A DNA stretch of 64,000 nucleotides from Paragordius varius (Eukaryota; Animalia; Nematomorpha), in contig OZ176051.1 in NCBI GenBank assembly GCA_964247055.1, forward strand, positions 12,400,001 to 12,464,000, read 5' to 3'. The position numbers were made by a program, and so were the translations under genes. Below, piece by piece: positions 59,001 to 64,000 of this stretch (positions within the stretch are counted from its first letter, which is position 1; every line of letters starts with the position of its first letter). The notes under the pieces are model-generated. The model saw only the letters and a program-made list of their open reading frames with translations. It was not told the origin of the DNA and did no database searches.

Positions 59001-62000
59001 AAACAACTAATAGATTGGGTTTTTGAATAAACTTTATTCGAAAATATACATTTTAAGGTATATATTTTATAACTTAATAATGAAGTACACTAAAAACTTA
59101 TCAAAGATAATAAAAAACGCTTTTTTTAAAAAAAATAAAAGTAGGAACAAAAAAATCACAAAATTTTATAATTATAAAATATTTGGATATTGTTTACTCA
59201 TATGATGTATTAATATATTAGAATTAGAATTAACGCTTTAAATAAATTAAAATATTGTTGAATTTAAATTTTCCAATATTAATAATGTATTTATTTTATA
59301 AAGAAAATCATATTTGTGATTATATAATGACTAAAATTTTATCATATATAATTGAAAGTTTGTTTTGCAACTCTAATGTACACTACACAACGCAAATGAA
59401 AAGTTAAAAATTAATTAATTTTATTTAAAAAATTAGGAATAAAAATGTCGTTTTATATAATATAACAACTTTTATATTTTTAATTTAAATTTAATTATAA
59501 AAATTACTGCTTCAACATCATCCTTAAAGCTATCATAATCAGTTATCATTCCAATGGCAGCATAACCCATTCCCGCTTCTCTGGCCAAGCATACCTATTT
59601 TTTATCAAGTCAAAAAAATAAATATAACTTAAATTTATAAAATACACTGTATTCAAATATCATTATAGTGTTTATTTAACACATACCTATGTAATTAATC
59701 ATACTGGCAAAAAATTTATTTAACGTTTAAAAGTTATATAACACTGTGCGCAAAAAAGGGGGGTAAAAAAATAAACAAACATGATTTTTATCTAGAATAA
59801 TAAGAAATCCCTTGAAAAAGAAGGCCCCAAAATGGAAATACTCCATTTTTTCATTTTTGACTAGAAATAGATTTTTGTCCATATTTTTAAAATTTATTGA
59901 GCAAACATGATAAAACTTTTATATATTATATAAAACCTAATATATTCTTAAGAAAAATACATAAAATTATTTTAAAGTATCAATAATTTTTTTTATTCCA
60001 CAAAAATTGAATTTCGTAAATTTTATGACATTGTCAAAATATATTATAAAAAAATTATTTGTAAGAACTCCATATTGTTATTATTATTTAAGCTTATGAC
60101 TTATATATACCAAAGAGTTGGTATATAATAAAGGCTATGTATCCTTTTAAGTCCCTCAAAAAATTGTATTTTTTGAAAAATTTTCGCGATTTTTGTTCCA
60201 TTTTCCTCACATGCTTTTCACTGTTTCATAAATACAGTATCAGTAATCCGCAATTTTCAAATGCAAATACTGAAAAAACCAATAAAACTTCAAGATTATG
60301 AAATTCCCTTTACTTTGGATAAAAGTATATATATATTATTTAATAACATAGTTAATAAATTCAATTGCAAATTGAATAAAGACCTTTGCTACATTTGTGG
60401 AAGGTATCATCGCCCTACAAATTTGATTAAAATAACTGAACAAATAATTTCCCATTACAACATGTATTTTGCTGGGAAATTAGTTCATTACAAGGAAATA
60501 TGAGCCCACAGCAAGGTAATTATACTAATTCTGGTGGAGGGCTACAGACCAGGATGGAGAACGGTTTTATCAAACGCTCAAACATATAGAAAAAAACTAT
60601 ACTAGTTCCAATAGTTGGTGAATACTATTGGAATCACTTAATGTCTGACTAAAATATTCATTATGTATAAATAAATTTAAATTCTTATATGTATTTTAAG
60701 TGTTGTTGTTGGGTTAGACTTGAAGAGCTGTTGCAGGAGTTGCAAACGAAGTTTGTATTTGACAACATCTTGATAAGACCGGAACATTTTTATTTTAAAA
60801 TTTTGTAGAAACCTAATTAAATATTTTTATTGTAAAAGAATGCTTATAATTCTATCGAATAAAATCCATTTATTATCAGTTTTTCAATATATATAATTGT
60901 AATAATTGTTAGATTTATAATTTGGCAAAGTTTCTGGAAGTAGATTATTTACAAATGTCAGAATAATTTTGGTGCAAGGATAATTCTATTTTGTAACTAA
61001 AATTATATGAAGAAAATATACGTGAATACAAATAGAATTTTACTTAAAAAGATAAATATAGTGTATATAGCAAAAAAAGCTATTTATATTTCCGATGCTG
61101 CTTTCTGCATATCAAGAGGTCTTTAATTAAATTTATTATCTATAGATTAAATAGTATATAAACATTTATCCAAAGTAATGTAATGGGAATTTCATAATCT
61201 TGAAGTTTTATTGGTTTTTTCAGTATTCTTTGAAATTTGCGGATTACTGATACTGATACTGTATTTATGAAACAGTGAGAAGCATGTGAGGAAAATGCAA
61301 CAAAAATCGCGAAAATTTTTCAAAAAATACAAATTTTTTGAGGGACTTAGGAGGATACATAGCCTTTATTATATATACCAACTCTTTGGTATGTTAAATA
61401 TAAGTCATAAACTTAAATAATAATAACTCTTACAAATAATTTTTTTATAATATATTTTGACAATGTCATAAAATTTACGAATTTCTATTTTTGTGGAATA
61501 AAAAAAATTATTGATACTTTTAAATAATTTTATTTATTTAAGAATATATTAGGTTTTATATAATATATAAAAGTTTTATCATGTTTGCGCAATAAGTTTT
61601 AAAAATATGGACAAAAGACTATTTCTAGTCAAAAATGAAAAAATGGAATATTTCCATTTTGGGGCTTGCCCCAAAATTTTTGGGGTCTTCTTTTCCGAGG
61701 GATTTTTTATTATTCTAGATAAAAATCATGTTTGTTTATTTTTTTGTGCGCACTGTGTAATACAATCGTAAAAATGTTTTTACAAAAATTAACATTAATA
61801 AAAGTATTTGTATCATATAAACATTATCATAAAATATGGGTAAAGCACTTTTAAAATCTAAAAAAAATTTATTCCTGAGAAAAATTAATAGATAAAAAAT
61901 ATGTTTTAGAAGGCATATATATATATATATACTAAAAACTTTTTATATACCATTTACACTTCAAATTCACCCTTGAACAATTGTTTAACCCTAAAATAAA

Positions 62001-62611
62001 AATTACTTATATTTATTTGCATTTTTAAAAAATATTGTCAAAAATTAAGATAAAACCATAAAGATATATATATTTTATATTAATAATAAGTTATATGAGC
62101 CCGAAAACGCATAATTTATTTTTAGGGTGAATTTGAATTGTAAATGGTATATTTCTAATAAATGTTCAGTATATGCGTTTTAATTTAAAAGTATCCTCAT
62201 CATTAAGTAATATCGTATGTGCAAACATTTGAAACATAAATTGTTTAAATGTTTAATCATTATTATCATGGAGTAACAATAATACTGCTGATAAAATTAA
62301 CATACTTTTTTCATAAATTTCGCTCTAAGTAAGCGTTTTAAACTACAATGCATTATCTTTGTTTTATATCAAATTAATGTCCCATATTTTTTTTGTATGA
62401 AATTTAGGATACTCTCTTTCTTAATTAAAATAAAATTTTAAATAACACATATACTCACCTCTGGACATAGTGTCATATTAATAACGTGGGCGCCCCACCA
62501 ATTGTACATTTTGCTTTCGGCCCGAGTCGAATACCGCGGCCCATCTATCGTTATAGCTGTTCCTTTGGAATGGAATGAAAATTCCAATTCTTTAGCGCAT
62601 TGTTTGAAAAC
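56032..62611 (-). CDS. MTAP: S-methyl-5'-thioadenosine phosphorylase, 3' part (5' exons beyond the window)
   Basis: Phase-0 exons: 62611-62459 (VFKQCAKE..KGTAITIDGPRYSTRAESKMY..WGAHVINMTLCPE), 59594-59508 (VCLAREAGMGYAAIGMITDYDSF..EA), 58971-58849 (VSVGMVLETVK..DWTENIKHNE) and a probable last exon 56160-56032. The GPRxSTRAES and TDYD motifs are diagnostic. Confidence 0.93.
56665..57245. mobile_element. MITE family D, copy 2 (MTAP intron)
   Basis: TA|CCATTTGCACTTCAAGAGTGTC ... GACACTCTTGAAGTGCAAATGG|TA with 21-bp subterminal arrays (about 6-7 left, 2-3 right). Confidence 0.85.
58459..58817. mobile_element. Tandem dimer of a ~175-bp Tc1/mariner-type MITE (MTAP intron)
   Basis: Units 58459-58629 and 58639-58817 are each self-complementary (cagt(a/g)tgc..taatggttg ... 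caaccattaaaatgcacactg) and share the core ggaaataattg(c/t)ttatgcaacattttgtcg. Confidence 0.75.
59742..61757 (+). mobile_element. Chapaev3 (CMC)-like transposon G with ~520-bp TIRs and a transposase N-terminal remnant (MTAP intron)
   Basis: TAA|CACTGTGCGC ... GCGCACTGTG|TAA (3-bp TSD). Arms 59742-~60260 and ~61225-61757 are reverse complements. The internal LCYICG..ITEQIISHYNMYFAGKL..*AHSKV resembles the FCYICG...YFG.KLGDQDKSWAPH N-terminus as I recall it for Chapaev3 transposases. Confidence 0.75.
61950..62147. mobile_element. MITE family E, copy 2 (MTAP intron)
   Basis: TA|CCATTTACACTTCAAATTCACCC ... GGGTGAATTTGAATTGTAAATGG|TA; a shorter derivative of 25933-26247. Confidence 0.8.
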
Positions 62612-64000
62612 CTGATAAGTTTAATTTAAAATATAAATAAACGTAAATAATAATAAATGCCACCATATTTACACTCTAAAACGTTTTGATTTTAACATAT
62701 ACCCTAAATGATTGTAATTGTGAAGTGTGATTAAGAGTGTAATCAATTTTTATCCCTATTAATCTTTTCACAACCTAAAACCATTGGTTACATTTAAATA
62801 AAAATTTATAATTACCTATAAGAAAACATTTTATTTTTATTATTACAATTTTTACTGTGTCTGTTTATGATATATTAGTCTGTCATATTTAGGAATAACT
62901 TAGTTTTTAGAAACAAGCGCATAGAGCCGGCCCTCAGAAAATAATTTATGACTTCAAACCAAGTTTTTAAGGATGTTATTAAAACATAAAATATGAATTT
63001 TTATCGACTACTAAATAATTTGGAAAATTACCTTATTATTATAAAAAACTGAGATATAAATTCCCTGCATTAAAAGATATAAATACAGTAGATAGTGTCA
63101 TGCATTAGCTTTCAGAATATAAACTTGGAGACGCCATATAAGACAGATAAATATCAAAAAAATTTGGTAAACGTTATTCGGTTAAAAAATATATACTGAC
63201 ATTTATTAATTTTTTATAGCATGTAGTGAGATGGTTAAATTTTTTTATAGTATATTATTATATATAGGCAAGGGAGAATCAAATAACAACAGATTAATAT
63301 TATGTCATAAATATGAGAAAATTATTATAATGCAAAAATTATATATATATCAAATCAAATTTGTGTTAATTTAATTATGATACACGTTAATTTTTTTAGC
63401 AAAAAATATGGGCCTAATTTCATTTAAAAGCTTTGAAATTAATTTTATTTTGACAATGCCAGCCAAAGTAATTTTAATTTTAAATTAGTTTTTTGTTAAA
63501 CTAATGTCAAACAAATTCAAGATTTTCCAAAAAATTAACCCTACAAAAATAATCTGTCAAATACTTAAATCAACAAATGAAAGCAGGTCTCATCCTCCCA
63601 ACTTTAAAACATTATAATTCCATTCTGAATATTATATATAACTGATATAAGCAATTTTAATTGGCGTAATAATAAGAAAGGTTCAAAGCTAGTCGGATTA
63701 TTGAAAAAAAAGTGTCACAATTTTGTGTAAATATTTTTTTTATATTTTCAGTTTAATTCTGTCAAATTTTATTTTTTTTATTCCATAGAGAGTTTATATG
63801 TTCGATTCTGTAAATTTACCATATTATCACGTTAAAATTATATCTTATCTCAATAAAAAGGCTAATGCATCCATTAAAGTTTTAATAATTTAAATATTTT
63901 ATACTTAAGGCGTTATTATTCAGATGGTTAACTAAATTTTGACATGCCTTTATTGTATAAAATAGTAAATTTTGATTAAATGGCGAATTTTTTTAAAGCT

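Noticed and set aside
62700-64000. Search for upstream MTAP exons
   Set aside because: No in-frame match to the preceding MTAP segment was found; those exons lie beyond the window.

Overview
Eukaryotic, very AT-rich genomic DNA with GT-AG spliceosomal introns, most likely from an invertebrate animal; the taxon cannot be fixed from the sequence. There are no rRNA, tRNA or CRISPR features. Host genes: two intronless paralogous orphan 7TM/GPCR-like genes (982-1863 and 17775-18659); a 7-exon peptide:N-glycanase (NGLY1/PNG1, minus, 22827-27454); a 2-exon orphan secreted protein (36050-37088) followed by a probable pseudogene; three co-oriented tiny hydrophilic LEA/hydrophilin-like genes (50353, 53987, 54762), one of which is below the ORF-track cutoff; and the 3' four coding exons of MTAP (minus, 56032-62611, 5' part outside the window). 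The rest is dense, often nested transposon DNA: hAT (Charlie/SPIN-, Blackjack- and Tip100-like), Chapaev3-like long-TIR foldbacks, Tc1/mariner-pogo and piggyBac-like MITEs, non-autonomous Helitrons with internal satellite-like repeats, and RTE LINEs. The two most striking observations are the microprotein cluster and hAT elements that carry an inverted copy or piece of their own transposase inside intact TIRs and TSDs (Mu-killer-like architecture). All alignments were made by eye.
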